DNA of 64,000 bases, from the NCBI GenBank assembly GCA_964634105.1, contig CAZWIU010000002.1:13034-77033 (forward strand), read 5' to 3'. The DNA is from an uncultured Bacteroidales bacterium (GTDB taxonomy: Bacteria; Bacteroidota; Bacteroidia; Bacteroidales; UBA10428). Shown here piece after piece: positions 18,700 to 28,791 of this stretch. The notes under the pieces were generated by a model. That model saw nothing but the letters and a program-made list of their open reading frames with translations, was not told where the DNA came from and made no database searches. Numbering within the stretch: position 1 is the stretch's first letter; each line of letters begins with the position of its first letter. The position numbers were made by a program, and so were the translations under genes.

Positions 18700-20037
18700 T
18701 TAAAGTTCTCTTACACATTCTTTAAATTGTTCACCCCTGTCTTCATAATTTTTAAACAGGTCGAAACTTGCACATGCAGGTGAAAGCAATACCGTATCAC
18801 CCTTTGCCCCCATCCGGTAGGCCTTGGTAACAGCTTCCTTCATGGAATGTGCCTCCTGGATACCTTCGACCAGATGCCCGAATGCTTTCAGTAATTTTGA
18901 ATTATCTACCCCCAGGCAGATAATTGCCTTTACCTTTTCTTTCACCAATGGTTCCAACGAAGAATAATCGTTTCCTTTATCCACTCCGCCGACAATCCAG
19001 ATTGTGGGTGCGGTCATACATTCGAGCGCATACCAGGTCGAATTAACGTTGGTAGCTTTTGAGTCATTAATGAATTCTATTCCATGCACTTTAATAAATC
19101 TCTCCAATCTGTGTTCAACACCGGTGAAATCCTGCAGGCTCTCCCGGATTATCTCTTTTTTAATATCAAGAATACGACTGGCAATGCTTGCTGCCATAGA
19201 GTTGTAGGTATTATGTTTCCCTTTTAGTGCCAATTCTGAAAGAGGAACACTCATCTCGGAATCGTTCACATTCACCACCATATTGCCCTCTTCCACATAG
19301 GCTCCCTCCTTTACCTTCTTCTTCTGCGAAAACTCAAGCTGTTTTGCTCTCATTACAATTCTTTCCAGCTCATTTATTGTGATTTCGTCATCGGAACAAT
19401 AAATAAAGTAATCGTCTTCTGAGAGGTTGCGGGATATCCGGAATTTTGAATCCACATAATTCTGCATATTATATCCGTAGCGGTCGAGATGGTCGGGAGT
19501 AATATTCAGAAGAATAGCGATATCGGCTTTAAAATCGAACATACCATCCAACTGAAAGCTGCTTAGTTCGATAACATAATAATCGTATGACTTGGTAGCG
19601 ACCTGCATAGCAAAACTTTTGCCCACATTACCCGCTATGCCACAATTTAATCCAGCTTTACGGAGCATATGGTGCAGGAGCGATGTTGTTGTTGTTTTAC
19701 CATTGCTGCCTGTGATACATATTTTCTTGGCATGCGTATACCTTCCCGCAAATTCGATCTCGGATATCACGGGTATCCCTTTCTTAAGAACAGCCTGCAT
19801 TATATCCGATTTATCCGTAATGCCGGGGCTTTTAATAATTTCATCTGCATTCAGTATAAGCCGTTCGGTGTGTTGTTCCTCTTCCCACTCAATTTCATAG
19901 TTGTAAAGGACTTCTTTGTAGTGAGGTTTGATTTTACCCAGATCCGAGACAAAAACCTCAAATCCTTTAGATTTGGCTAAAACGGCCGATCCGGTGCCGC
20001 TTTCTCCTGCTCCAAGTATTACAATTCTTTTCTCCAT
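18700..20037 (-). CDS. murD: UDP-N-acetylmuramoylalanine--D-glutamate ligase
   Basis: ILGAGESGTGSA Rossmann start and ITGSNGKTTTTS P-loop; dcw position. Confidence 0.95.
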   Translation of the reverse strand: MEKRIVILGAGESGTGSAVLAKSKGFEVFVSDLGKIKPHYKEVLYNYEIEWEEEQHTERLILNADEIIKSPGITDKSDIMQAVLKKGIPVISEIEFAGRYTHAKKICITGSNGKTTTTSLLHHMLRKAGLNCGIAGNVGKSFAMQVATKSYDYYVIELSSFQLDGMFDFKADIAILLNITPDHLDRYGYNMQNYVDSKFRISRNLSEDDYFIYCSDDEITINELERIVMRAKQLEFSQKKKVKEGAYVEEGNMVVNVNDSEMSVPLSELALKGKHNTYNSMAASIASRILDIKKEIIRESLQDFTGVEHRLERFIKVHGIEFINDSKATNVNSTWYALECMTAPTIWIVGGVDKGNDYSSLEPLVKEKVKAIICLGVDNSKLLKAFGHLVEGIQEAHSMKEAVTKAYRMGAKGDTVLLSPACASFDLFKNYEDRGEQFKECVREL

Positions 20038-20041
20038 AGGA

Positions 20042-21292
20042 TTACCTTATTTTTAGGGTGACGATAGTTATTACAGCCAGCAGGATACCTACAATCCAAA
20101 AACGGATTACAATTTTTGGTTCGGGGTATCCTTTGCGTTGATAATGATGGTGAAGAGGTGCCATAAGGAATATTCTTTTCCCTGCACCATATTTTCTCTT
20201 TGTATATTTAAAGTACCCCACCTGCAGCACAACCGATATGCTCTCGACAACGAAGATTCCGCAGAGTATGGGGATTAATAATTCTTTTCTTATCAGGATG
20301 GCAAATACTGCGATAATCCCTCCTATAGCCAGACTCCCGGTATCTCCCATAAATACCTGAGCAGGAAATGAATTATACCACATGAATCCAACCATTGCCC
20401 CTATGAAGGCTCCCATGAATACTACTAATTCGCCTGTATAGGGGATATACATGATATTCAGGTACTCGGAATAGATCAGGTTACCGGACAGGTATGCCAG
20501 TATGCCCAGGGTTGTACCAATAATGGCAGAGCTTCCCGCCGCAAGACCATCCAAACCGTCAGTAAGGTTGGCACCGTTAGAGATCAGTGTAATGATCAGA
20601 ATTACTGCAATAACAAATACAATCCAGGTAAATGGTCTGGCTTTTTCACCAAGAAACGCGATCAGCTCAAAATAATCGAATTCATTATTCTTAAAGAAAG
20701 GTACATTCACTTTTGTTGATTTCAGATCGTGTGTAAACACTGAAACAGAAGGCCTTACATCATCACTTTCAATAACAATCCGGTCAGCGTTTGCAACCGT
20801 ATCTTGTTTAACACGTTCCCGTATGACAATATCGCTGCTGAAATACATGGTAAATCCGACTACGATACCTAATATTACCTGACCGGCAATCTTAAACTTA
20901 CCTCTCAGGCCTTCTTTATTCTTTTTGAATACTTTGATATAATCGTCAAGAAAACCGACAAATCCTAACCAGGCAGTAGTAATCAGCATCAGCTGAATAT
21001 AAACATTAAGCAGATCGCCAAATAGCAATACCGGTATAAGAATAGAGCCGAGAATGATTATTCCTCCCATGGTAGGAGTTCCCTTTTTCTGCATCTGCCC
21101 TTCAAGACCCAAATCACGGATGCTCTCGCCAATTTGTTTTCGTTGGAGCAGATATATAATTTGTTTACCGAACACCAGCGAAATGACAAGGGAAGTTATA
21201 ATGGTCATTGCAGTCCGGAAAGAAATATACTGGAAGACTCCTGCTCCTGGCACATCAAAATTATCGAGATATTTGAACAAATAGTAGAGCAT
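20042..21292 (-). CDS. mraY: phospho-N-acetylmuramoyl-pentapeptide transferase
   Basis: [25 protein letters not shown] and [11 protein letters not shown] motifs. Confidence 0.96.
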   Translation of the reverse strand: MLYYLFKYLDNFDVPGAGVFQYISFRTAMTIITSLVISLVFGKQIIYLLQRKQIGESIRDLGLEGQMQKKGTPTMGGIIILGSILIPVLLFGDLLNVYIQLMLITTAWLGFVGFLDDYIKVFKKNKEGLRGKFKIAGQVILGIVVGFTMYFSSDIVIRERVKQDTVANADRIVIESDDVRPSVSVFTHDLKSTKVNVPFFKNNEFDYFELIAFLGEKARPFTWIVFVIAVILIITLISNGANLTDGLDGLAAGSSAIIGTTLGILAYLSGNLIYSEYLNIMYIPYTGELVVFMGAFIGAMVGFMWYNSFPAQVFMGDTGSLAIGGIIAVFAILIRKELLIPILCGIFVVESISVVLQVGYFKYTKRKYGAGKRIFLMAPLHHHYQRKGYPEPKIVIRFWIVGILLAVITIVTLKIR

Positions 21293-21298
21293 ATTCGC

Positions 21299-22771
21299 TT
21301 ATTGAGGGTTGATATTGTTTGTCATAAAAATCTCAGAGACTATTTGTTTATCATTGAAATAGCTCTTAACCCCTTTCACCTCCTGATAGGTTTCATGACC
21401 CTTTCCTGCTATCAGTATCACATCGCCCCTTTTAGCCATCATACAAGCTGTTTTGATCGCTTCCCTTCTGTCTGTTATTGTCAACACATTCTTTCTGGCT
21501 GCTTTATCGATACCGGTGAGCATTTCATTAATAATTGCATCGGGTTCCTCACTACGTGGATTATCGGAAGTAAGAATAACCTTATCGCTCATTTCAGCCG
21601 ATATTTTTCCCATAACTGGTCGTTTTGTCCTGTCGCGGTCACCTCCTGCTCCAACAACAGTAATCAGCTGCGTGCCTTCTTTCCTGATCTGGTTAATAGT
21701 GGTCAGCACATTATACAGGGCATCAGGGGTATGAGCATAATCTACAATGGCTGTTATGCCATCGTTCGATCGAACATATTCAAACCTGCCATCGACTGTG
21801 CCAAGATTGCTGATCACTTTCAGAACTTCTTCTTTCGGATAACCGAGTAGTCTGGTGGCAGCATATACAGCGAGAATATTTGACACATTAAATTCCCCGA
21901 TCAGTTTTATCCATAGTTCGACCTGATCGATATTCACAAGCATACCGTCGAAATGACTTTCAATAACTTTAGCTTTAAAGTCAGCAACTGAACGAACAGC
22001 ATATGTTTTTACCCTGGCCTTTGTATTCTGAACCATCACCCTTCCGTTCTTATCATCGATATTAACCAGGGCAAAAGCATTTTCGGGAAGAGCATCGAAA
22101 AACTGTTTCTTTGCCTTCAGGTAAGCTTCGAATGTTTTATGGTAATCGAGATGATCGTGTGTAAGGTTGGTAAAGATAGCCCCATCAAACTCAAGGCCCG
22201 AGATCCGCTTCTGATCGATTGAATGAGAGCTGACTTCCATAAAAGCGTAGGAACAGCCTGCGTCGACCATCTGTCTCATCAGGTTTTGAATAGTCAGCGC
22301 ATCAGGCGTTGTATGTGTTGCAGCCACTTCTTTATCACCGATTATATTCCTGACTGTGGAAAGCAATCCTGCTTTATTGCCCAGCTGTGTCAGCATCCTG
22401 TATAGCAAGGTAGCGATGGATGTTTTTCCATTCGTTCCTGTAACTCCGACAAGTTTTAGTTTACTTGTAGGATTATCGTAAAAATTAGCGGCGGCCAGGC
22501 CAAGTGAGGAAGCTGAATCATCGGTAAGGATATACGTAATATTTTTTTCAGGCTTCTCGGGCAATCCTTCACAAAGTATTGCAGATGCTCCATCTTTTAT
22601 AGCGCCTGTGATGAACTCATGCCCGTCGACATGTGTTCCTTTCACCGCAACAAACAAGTCGCCCTGCTTGACTTTTCTTGAATCGAACACAAGGTTGTTA
22701 ATCATGATATCAGCACTCCCATGAACAGTTGCCGGTATTCCTCTGATGATATATTCCAGTTTTTTAGCCAT
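21299..22771 (-). CDS. murE: UDP-N-acetylmuramoyl-L-alanyl-D-glutamate--2,6-diaminopimelate ligase
   Basis: GVTGTNGKTSIATL P-loop and DNPRSEEP motif. Confidence 0.95.
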   Translation of the reverse strand: MAKKLEYIIRGIPATVHGSADIMINNLVFDSRKVKQGDLFVAVKGTHVDGHEFITGAIKDGASAILCEGLPEKPEKNITYILTDDSASSLGLAAANFYDNPTSKLKLVGVTGTNGKTSIATLLYRMLTQLGNKAGLLSTVRNIIGDKEVAATHTTPDALTIQNLMRQMVDAGCSYAFMEVSSHSIDQKRISGLEFDGAIFTNLTHDHLDYHKTFEAYLKAKKQFFDALPENAFALVNIDDKNGRVMVQNTKARVKTYAVRSVADFKAKVIESHFDGMLVNIDQVELWIKLIGEFNVSNILAVYAATRLLGYPKEEVLKVISNLGTVDGRFEYVRSNDGITAIVDYAHTPDALYNVLTTINQIRKEGTQLITVVGAGGDRDRTKRPVMGKISAEMSDKVILTSDNPRSEEPDAIINEMLTGIDKAARKNVLTITDRREAIKTACMMAKRGDVILIAGKGHETYQEVKGVKSYFNDKQIVSEIFMTNNINPQ

Positions 22772-24897
22772 TATCCTTCAGTAAAGCTCATTTCAAGTTT
22801 TATGCGTTCACCTTTTTTGATCCTTGTCCCTGGGGGTATTGATTGACTTTTTACACTTCCCCTGCCCACAACATCCACTTTTAACCCGGCATTTTCCAGC
22901 AGGTATAATGCATCTTTCAATCCCATTGAAACCACATTGGGAACCAGGTTGTCAATTACCCTGCGGGGTTGCAGGATAACTTTATCTTCGGTTCTTTCAG
23001 TAAAAACCCATTCAGCATGAGAGTCACGACATAGTTTTTTAATATCAAGTTCATTCAGGACTGTAGATATTTCAGGCTGATAGCCGCTTTTAGAGAATGG
23101 TATTTCGAGATTTTTAGGACGACATTTATTTACCGGATCCTGCATAGCCAGGTCTGTAGCAAATACTTTACTGGCAATCTCATAAAATACAGGTCCTGCA
23201 ACATGTGCGCCGTGGTAAATAAAATTCCTTGGTGAATAGATGACCACAATGCATGAATATTTGGGCTTATCAGCCGGAAAATAGCCGACAAATGAGGCCT
23301 GGTATGATTTCTCTTTATACCCTGTCCGGCGGTTATACATCTGCGTAGTACCAGTTTTTCCAGCAATTTTAAAGCGGCTGTTCTTCAGGTTGGTAGCTGT
23401 CCCATTATCAACAACACCTTCCAGTATCTGTCTTGCGATCTTAAGCGTTGATCGCGAACAGATCGATTGATCTATTACTTCAGTAGGAAATGTCCATTCA
23501 AGTTTTCCATTATTCCTTATCTCCCTTGCAAAACGGGGACGTACCATTTTTCCATCATTGGCAATAGCATTGTAGAATGCCAGAATTTGTAACGGAGTTA
23601 TCTTCACTTCATATCCAAATGACATGGTTGCCAGGCTTGCCCCCGACCATAATCTGTCGCCTGGATATCGAATGAGAGGTTTTCCTTCGCCTTTGATAGC
23701 TATTCCCAGAGGCTCATTCAGGTTCATGCTGTATAACCGGTCGACAAATCGTTGTGGGTTGTTCTTATAGGCAGAAGTAATAATTTTTGCCATCCCGATA
23801 TTGGATGATAGTTCAAAGACTTGCTCAGCTGTGATAATGCCATGTCCACCCTTTTCGTAATTATCATCCCGAATGGTCAGGTCGTAATACTTATAAACAC
23901 CTTTTTCGGTATCAATGGTGTCCTGCAGGTTAACATAACCATCCTCCAGGGCAGCAATGAATGCCGGTAACTTAAAAGTAGAACCTGGTTCACTGCTTAG
24001 CCCGACAGCATAGTTATAGTATTCGCGGTATGCACCCAGCGTATCGGTCAGGTTAACAATAGCTTTCACCTCACCTGTATTGACTTCCATAAGCACGACA
24101 GTTCCGGCATGCGCATTCTGGGCAACAAGCTGTTTGAAGAGGGCCTTTTCAGCGACATCCTGCAGGTCGATATCGATCGTAGTGACAACGCTGCTGCCAT
24201 CTTTTGGCTCAATTTCTCCGGCCTCATCAAGTGGCATCCAAACGTTTCCTGCCAGTTTTTGCATTCGCTTCACACCCTCGGTACCTCCCAGGTAGCTGTC
24301 ATACGCTCCCTCAATTCCCACCTTATATGAGGTAAGATCTTTCGTTGTATACCCGATAGTGCGTGCTGCCAGATTTTTATAGGGTTTCTGCCTGATGTTT
24401 TCCTGGCTCACGATGAGGCCGCCTTTATACTGCCCATTGCGAAAAATCGGAAAGGTTTTAAGTTTTTTCAGTTGTACATAATCTACACGGTCCTTGATAA
24501 GAAAATATCTGTTCCCTTCCCTGCGGGCATTTATCAATTGTTTTCGATAAGTATCCTCCGATCTGTCGCCAAATAATCTTGAAAGGCACATCGCAAGAGA
24601 ATCTATTTTGCTGTAGAAAACCTCATCGGTTAAAGCTGGGGTTTTCATATCCATCCGAACCTCATAGTATGGAACAGAACTTGCAAGCATACGCATGTCG
24701 GTAGCAAGGATATCGCCTCGGTTAGGCCTGATGCGGAAGTTTTTTATTCTCGTATTCTCTGCTTTCTCCAGCCAACGATCGCTATCAATTACCTGGAGGT
24801 ATAGGATCTTCAGTATAATAAAAAGTGCAAAAAGTATTATTGACAGGTATACCAATGCAACCCTCCACAATATGTCCGATTTTATTGATTTACCCAT
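22771..24897 (-). CDS. ftsI: penicillin-binding protein (FtsI/PBP3-type transpeptidase) with C-terminal PASTA-like domain
   Basis: N-terminal TM, the SxxK motif (GSTFKLP), SSN and KTGTT motifs; dcw position. Confidence 0.93.
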   Translation of the reverse strand: MGKSIKSDILWRVALVYLSIILFALFIILKILYLQVIDSDRWLEKAENTRIKNFRIRPNRGDILATDMRMLASSVPYYEVRMDMKTPALTDEVFYSKIDSLAMCLSRLFGDRSEDTYRKQLINARREGNRYFLIKDRVDYVQLKKLKTFPIFRNGQYKGGLIVSQENIRQKPYKNLAARTIGYTTKDLTSYKVGIEGAYDSYLGGTEGVKRMQKLAGNVWMPLDEAGEIEPKDGSSVVTTIDIDLQDVAEKALFKQLVAQNAHAGTVVLMEVNTGEVKAIVNLTDTLGAYREYYNYAVGLSSEPGSTFKLPAFIAALEDGYVNLQDTIDTEKGVYKYYDLTIRDDNYEKGGHGIITAEQVFELSSNIGMAKIITSAYKNNPQRFVDRLYSMNLNEPLGIAIKGEGKPLIRYPGDRLWSGASLATMSFGYEVKITPLQILAFYNAIANDGKMVRPRFAREIRNNGKLEWTFPTEVIDQSICSRSTLKIARQILEGVVDNGTATNLKNSRFKIAGKTGTTQMYNRRTGYKEKSYQASFVGYFPADKPKYSCIVVIYSPRNFIYHGAHVAGPVFYEIASKVFATDLAMQDPVNKCRPKNLEIPFSKSGYQPEISTVLNELDIKKLCRDSHAEWVFTERTEDKVILQPRRVIDNLVPNVVSMGLKDALYLLENAGLKVDVVGRGSVKSQSIPPGTRIKKGERIKLEMSFTEG

Positions 24898-24899
24898 GA

Positions 24900-25271
24900 T
24901 CAGTCTTTTTTAATTACCCGTGGCGGTTCGTTCGATGATTTAAGACCAAGGCCTTTCTCCTCTATCAGAGCCTGAACATGTGAAGGCCGGTTAAGATTCA
25001 TTAACTCGGTAGCTGCAGTAATTTCCTCAGCACGAAGGTCCTTTACTTCGGTTTTTAGGGCATCTATCTGGCGTACAACTTTTTCAGCATGATACCGGTT
25101 CGCGATATAAAGCATAGCAAGCAAAACGAGAAACAGAATAAAGGGTATCTGGCGGATAAAAGAGCGCATGGTAAGCAGGCTGCCATCAAGAATTCCCTTG
25201 ATGGAAAAACCTTTTATCTCTTCCTGCTCAATTTTGGCGTCGATAAACTCTATTTTCTCTTTCGACTGCAT
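24900..25271 (-). CDS. ftsL: FtsL-like cell division protein
   Basis: Single TM (IPFILFLVLLAMLYIANRY) followed by a coiled-coil; sits between rsmH and ftsI. The ORF track extends to 25355 and would overlap rsmH by 77 nt. The ATG at 25271 (MQSKEKIEF...) lies 7 nt after the rsmH stop and is preferred. Confidence 0.75.
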   Translation of the reverse strand: MQSKEKIEFIDAKIEQEEIKGFSIKGILDGSLLTMRSFIRQIPFILFLVLLAMLYIANRYHAEKVVRQIDALKTEVKDLRAEEITAATELMNLNRPSHVQALIEEKGLGLKSSNEPPRVIKKD

Positions 25272-25278
25272 ATCAACA

Positions 25279-26178
25279 TCATATTTTTTCAGCAATGCGT
25301 AATCGGGCACTGCGAGCTCTGCCATTCTTAAGTATTTCCTTTTCGTCAGGAACAATAGCCTTACTATGCAAAGGTTTCAGGCTACGATTTGAATTTCCGT
25401 ACAGGTCGGTTTCGATAATCCCTTCAAAATTCCCGGTTCTGAAATAATTTTTCACAAGCCTGTCCTCCAGGGAATGGTAGCTTATGATTGCAATTCTTCC
25501 TCCTGGTTTAAGCAGAATAGTCGACTGGATTAGCAGGTGACGCAAATTTTCAATTTCACGGTTAACCTCGATGCGAAGCGACTGGAATAATTTTGCCAGG
25601 AATTGATTTTCACTCTGCCGTGGCATACAATCAGTTATCGATTCCAATAAATCGCGGATACCTGTGATCGTGTTATTCTGTCTGTAACTGACGATGGAAT
25701 TTGCTATCTGCCTGGCATTCTTTAGTTCACCATACGATTTGAAGACACGAATAAGCTCATCAGCCGGGTAAGTATTGATCAGTTCTTTTGCAGAAAAATC
25801 AGACCGGGTATTCATTCGCATATCCAATCCCGAGTCGAAACGAAAAGAAAATCCGCGATGAGGAGAATCGAAATGATGCGATGAAACACCCAGATCGGCA
25901 ATTAAACCGTCTATTGCTGAATAACCATGATAGCGTAGAAAATTCTTAAGATATCGGAAATTATGCCTTACGAAAATGAATCTCGGGTCGTCGGGGATAT
26001 TAGCCAATGCATCCTCATCCTGATCGAACCCGATCAATTTACCAGTTTCAAGTCGTTTCAATATTTCTCCCGAATGTCCGCCACCTCCGAAAGTAGCGTC
26101 GACATATATGCCGTCGGGCTTTATGTTTAACCCGTTAACACATTCTTCCAATAATACTGGCTGGTGGTATTGCATCAT
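25279..26178 (-). CDS. rsmH: 16S rRNA (cytosine1402-N4)-methyltransferase
   Basis: HQPVLLEE and DATFGGGGHS SAM-binding motifs; second gene of the dcw cluster. Confidence 0.96.
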   Translation of the reverse strand: MMQYHQPVLLEECVNGLNIKPDGIYVDATFGGGGHSGEILKRLETGKLIGFDQDEDALANIPDDPRFIFVRHNFRYLKNFLRYHGYSAIDGLIADLGVSSHHFDSPHRGFSFRFDSGLDMRMNTRSDFSAKELINTYPADELIRVFKSYGELKNARQIANSIVSYRQNNTITGIRDLLESITDCMPRQSENQFLAKLFQSLRIEVNREIENLRHLLIQSTILLKPGGRIAIISYHSLEDRLVKNYFRTGNFEGIIETDLYGNSNRSLKPLHSKAIVPDEKEILKNGRARSARLRIAEKI

Positions 26179-26642
26179 TCTTCAGTTTCATCAACCAATC
26201 CTTCCATTATTTTTTCAGCCATTCCGGCAAATTCATCATCACCTACTTCAATTTTTTCATATTGCTCTTTCGCCCATATCTCAATCTTTCCAAATTGTCC
26301 AGCCATGACAATTTCCTTATCGGCATTCACTTCATCCAATAACCGTTTTGGAATCAGCAGCCGATTATTCCCGTCGAGCATAAGTTCAGCCATCCCTTTA
26401 AAAAACCTCCTGAGAAACATTGTATGTTCTTTCTTATAGGGATTGATCTTCTTTCTAATGATTTTACTTTGTCGCTCCCATTCCTCTATTGGATAAAGGA
26501 TAAGGCAGTTGTCAAAGATGTCTTTCTTGATTACAAACCTTTCCTGATTATTCCCCGCCATTTGCTTTTTAAATGCCGACGGTAAAATAACCCTCCCTTT
26601 CGAGTCCAACTTACAAGTATATTCTCCGATGAAGGTTATCAT
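26175..26642 (-). CDS. mraZ: division/cell wall cluster transcriptional regulator MraZ
   Basis: Two SpoVT/AbrB-like repeats (KLDSKGRVILPSAF and LDGNNRLLIPKRL); first gene of the dcw cluster. Confidence 0.95.
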   Translation of the reverse strand: MITFIGEYTCKLDSKGRVILPSAFKKQMAGNNQERFVIKKDIFDNCLILYPIEEWERQSKIIRKKINPYKKEHTMFLRRFFKGMAELMLDGNNRLLIPKRLLDEVNADKEIVMAGQFGKIEIWAKEQYEKIEVGDDEFAGMAEKIMEGLVDETEE

Positions 26643-26683
26643 ACTGAATAGAATAGGTCAGCGTAAAAATAAGTAATTTTTTG

Positions 26684-26740
26684 CCCACTTTCAACCATTT
26701 TCTCCCACTTTTTCCCACTTTGTTGATAACTTTCACCATT
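26684..26740 (-). promoter_or_regulatory. putative MraZ operator: 10-nt phased AAGTGGG direct repeats upstream of mraZ
   Basis: On the minus strand, AAGTGGG occurs at 26720-26714, 26710-26704 and 26690-26684. Degenerate in-phase copies are AAATGGT (26700-26694) and AATGGTG (26740-26734). The nearest box is about 41 nt upstream of the mraZ ATG. This matches the GTGGG/AAAGTG(G/T) repeats with 10 bp period reported for E. coli and Mollicutes MraZ. Confidence 0.6.
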
Positions 26741-26851
26741 TTAGGCGTAACAGGAATCGATATTACACAGCATATGTGCCCTGAAAACACTATAGGTTAA
26801 GGAAATTATACTATTTTTAAAATCCATTACGAAGTATAAAAACATACCAAC

Positions 26852-27703
26852 ATGAGTAATTCTGCGTTGGACAGTACCATTCAGCCAATCGATGTCAAAG
26901 CAGTTTTTTATAGTAAGAATCCAACACTGGCCAGATTGATACCTGGATTTATTTATCGATACCTGAAACGTATTGTCCATGAAGATGATATCAACAATTT
27001 CCTGGAAAAGCATGGGACAAAACGTAACCTCGATTTCATTCGTGCAGTTATTGAAGATTTTAATGTTCATATTCAGGTAGAAGGAAGAGAAAATATACCC
27101 AAACAGGGCCGGTATATTTTTGTCGCCAATCATCCTCTTGGCGGTTTTGACGGAATGATCCTGATGAAAGTAATCAGTGAATACTTCCCAACATTCAAAT
27201 TCCTTGTGAACGATATTCTTATGAATCTAAAAAACATACAGGAATTATTCATCCCTATTAATAAGCATGGAGGGCAGGCCCTGGAAGCTGCCGAGCAACT
27301 TGAGAAAGCGTTTCATTCTGATATTCAGATTCTGACTTTTCCGGCAGGATTGGTTTCGCGTAAAATCAACGGGCAGATCGTTGATCTTCCATGGCATAAG
27401 AACTTTATTACTAAGGCTGTCAGGTATCAACGCGATGTTATTCCCGTTCATATCAGCGGCAGCAACACAAATTTCTTTTACCGGCTTGCCAACATTCGCA
27501 AATTCCTTGGGATAAAAGCCAATATTGAAATGCTTTATCTGGTTGATGAAACTTATCAGCACAGGAATAAGGAGCTAGTGATCAGGTTTGGTAAACCTAT
27601 TCCGTGGGCCACTTTTGACAAATCGAAAAAACCCACCGAATGGGCGAAGTGGGTAAAAGAAAAGGTTTATGTGCTTGGTGGCGTAAATAAAATTCCGCTA
27701 TAA
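26852..27703 (+). CDS. PlsC-family lysophospholipid/lyso-aminolipid O-acyltransferase (GlsA/OlsA-like)
   Basis: 283 aa with the HX4D acyltransferase motif NHPLGGFDG and a downstream FPAG motif. It lies directly upstream of an OlsB/GlsB-like N-acyltransferase. Confidence 0.7.
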   Translation: MSNSALDSTIQPIDVKAVFYSKNPTLARLIPGFIYRYLKRIVHEDDINNFLEKHGTKRNLDFIRAVIEDFNVHIQVEGRENIPKQGRYIFVANHPLGGFDGMILMKVISEYFPTFKFLVNDILMNLKNIQELFIPINKHGGQALEAAEQLEKAFHSDIQILTFPAGLVSRKINGQIVDLPWHKNFITKAVRYQRDVIPVHISGSNTNFFYRLANIRKFLGIKANIEMLYLVDETYQHRNKELVIRFGKPIPWATFDKSKKPTEWAKWVKEKVYVLGGVNKIPL

Positions 27704-27764
27704 ACTGCTTAAAAAATGCTTATCGAATATTTTCATAAATTTGGTACCCTAACGCAGATTGAAT

Positions 27765-28700
27765 ATGAAAGAAGTTATCCCACCTGTCGACAGGGAGTTG
27801 ATTGAAAATGAGCTTACCCGCGATAAGTTTTTAAGAATTACCAATAATGGCAATAACGAATTATACATTATAACCCATCAGGATTCTCCTCATGCAATGC
27901 GTGAGATCGGTCGCCTGCGAGAGATTACTTTTCGCCTTGCTGGTGGAGGTACAGGATTGGAGGCAGATATCGATGAATACGATTACTCTGATAATCCTTA
28001 CAAGCAACTTATCGTTTGGGATCCCCAGGAAAAGGATATTCTCGGAGGATATCGATTCATTATGGGCAAAGATGTACAGCGAGATAAGAATGGCCAATTA
28101 AATCTGGCCACCGCTCCGCTGTTCCATTTTTCAGATCGTTTTATTGAAGAATATATGCCCCACATGATTGAACTCGGGCGTTCGTTTGTGCAACCAGCCT
28201 ATCAGGCATCAAACCGGAATAAGAAAAGTCTGTATGCTTTAGATAATTTATGGGATGGATTGGGCGCTATCTGGAAGGATAATCCTGAATCAAAGTTCTT
28301 CTTTGGAAAAGTTACCATGTATACTTCATATAACCAGGAAGCACGCGATCTTATACTTGCTTTCTTCGACAAACATTTTAAAGATGAAGAAGAGCTGGTC
28401 CGCCCTTTCCATCCTTTAAAACCATTAATGTCTAAAAAAGATATTGATTCGGTACTTACCTCAGATACATTTCAGGATGATATGAAATTATTGTCGCAGG
28501 CTGTTCGGATCAGAGGTGAGGTAATCCCTCCCCTGATCAATGCATATATAAATTTATCGGCAACCTTAAAATATTTTGGAACAACCCTGAATCCTCATTT
28601 CGGTGGCGTTGAAGAGTCGGCTATTATGGTTACAATGAGCGATATGTATAAGAGCAAGATTGAACGTCATGTTGATTCATATCATAGCGCTTCAAGGTAA
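27765..28700 (+). CDS. GNAT-fold N-acyltransferase, OlsB/GlsB-like (N-acyl amino acid / glycine-lipid synthase)
   Basis: About 311 aa. The size, pairing with a PlsC-type gene and the LREITFR...GGGTG region resemble the hemolysin-like N-acyl amino acid synthases of Bacteroidales; this is recall, not alignment. The ORF track starts at a TTG at 27759; the ATG at 27765 is preferred. Confidence 0.55.
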   Translation: MKEVIPPVDRELIENELTRDKFLRITNNGNNELYIITHQDSPHAMREIGRLREITFRLAGGGTGLEADIDEYDYSDNPYKQLIVWDPQEKDILGGYRFIMGKDVQRDKNGQLNLATAPLFHFSDRFIEEYMPHMIELGRSFVQPAYQASNRNKKSLYALDNLWDGLGAIWKDNPESKFFFGKVTMYTSYNQEARDLILAFFDKHFKDEEELVRPFHPLKPLMSKKDIDSVLTSDTFQDDMKLLSQAVRIRGEVIPPLINAYINLSATLKYFGTTLNPHFGGVEESAIMVTMSDMYKSKIERHVDSYHSASR

Positions 28701-28791
28701 ATTATTGATCGAGTTTCAGGCTGTTTTTATAAATGCTGAAATGATACATTCTTTGGCCGGCAACACGGGTTGGAATGTACTAAATTAAGGG

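Noticed and set aside
11344-26642. Absence of murF and ddl from the dcw cluster as a possible anomaly.
   Set aside because: The order mraZ-rsmH-ftsL-ftsI-murE-mraY-murD-ftsW-murG-murC-ftsQ-ftsA-ftsZ without murF or ddl is, as far as I recall, the normal Bacteroidota arrangement.
26684-26740. The phased cccactt repeats as a possible mini-CRISPR or tandem repeat array.
   Set aside because: The unit is only 7 nt with 3-nt spacers, and there are no cas genes. The position directly upstream of mraZ matches the known MraZ operator architecture.
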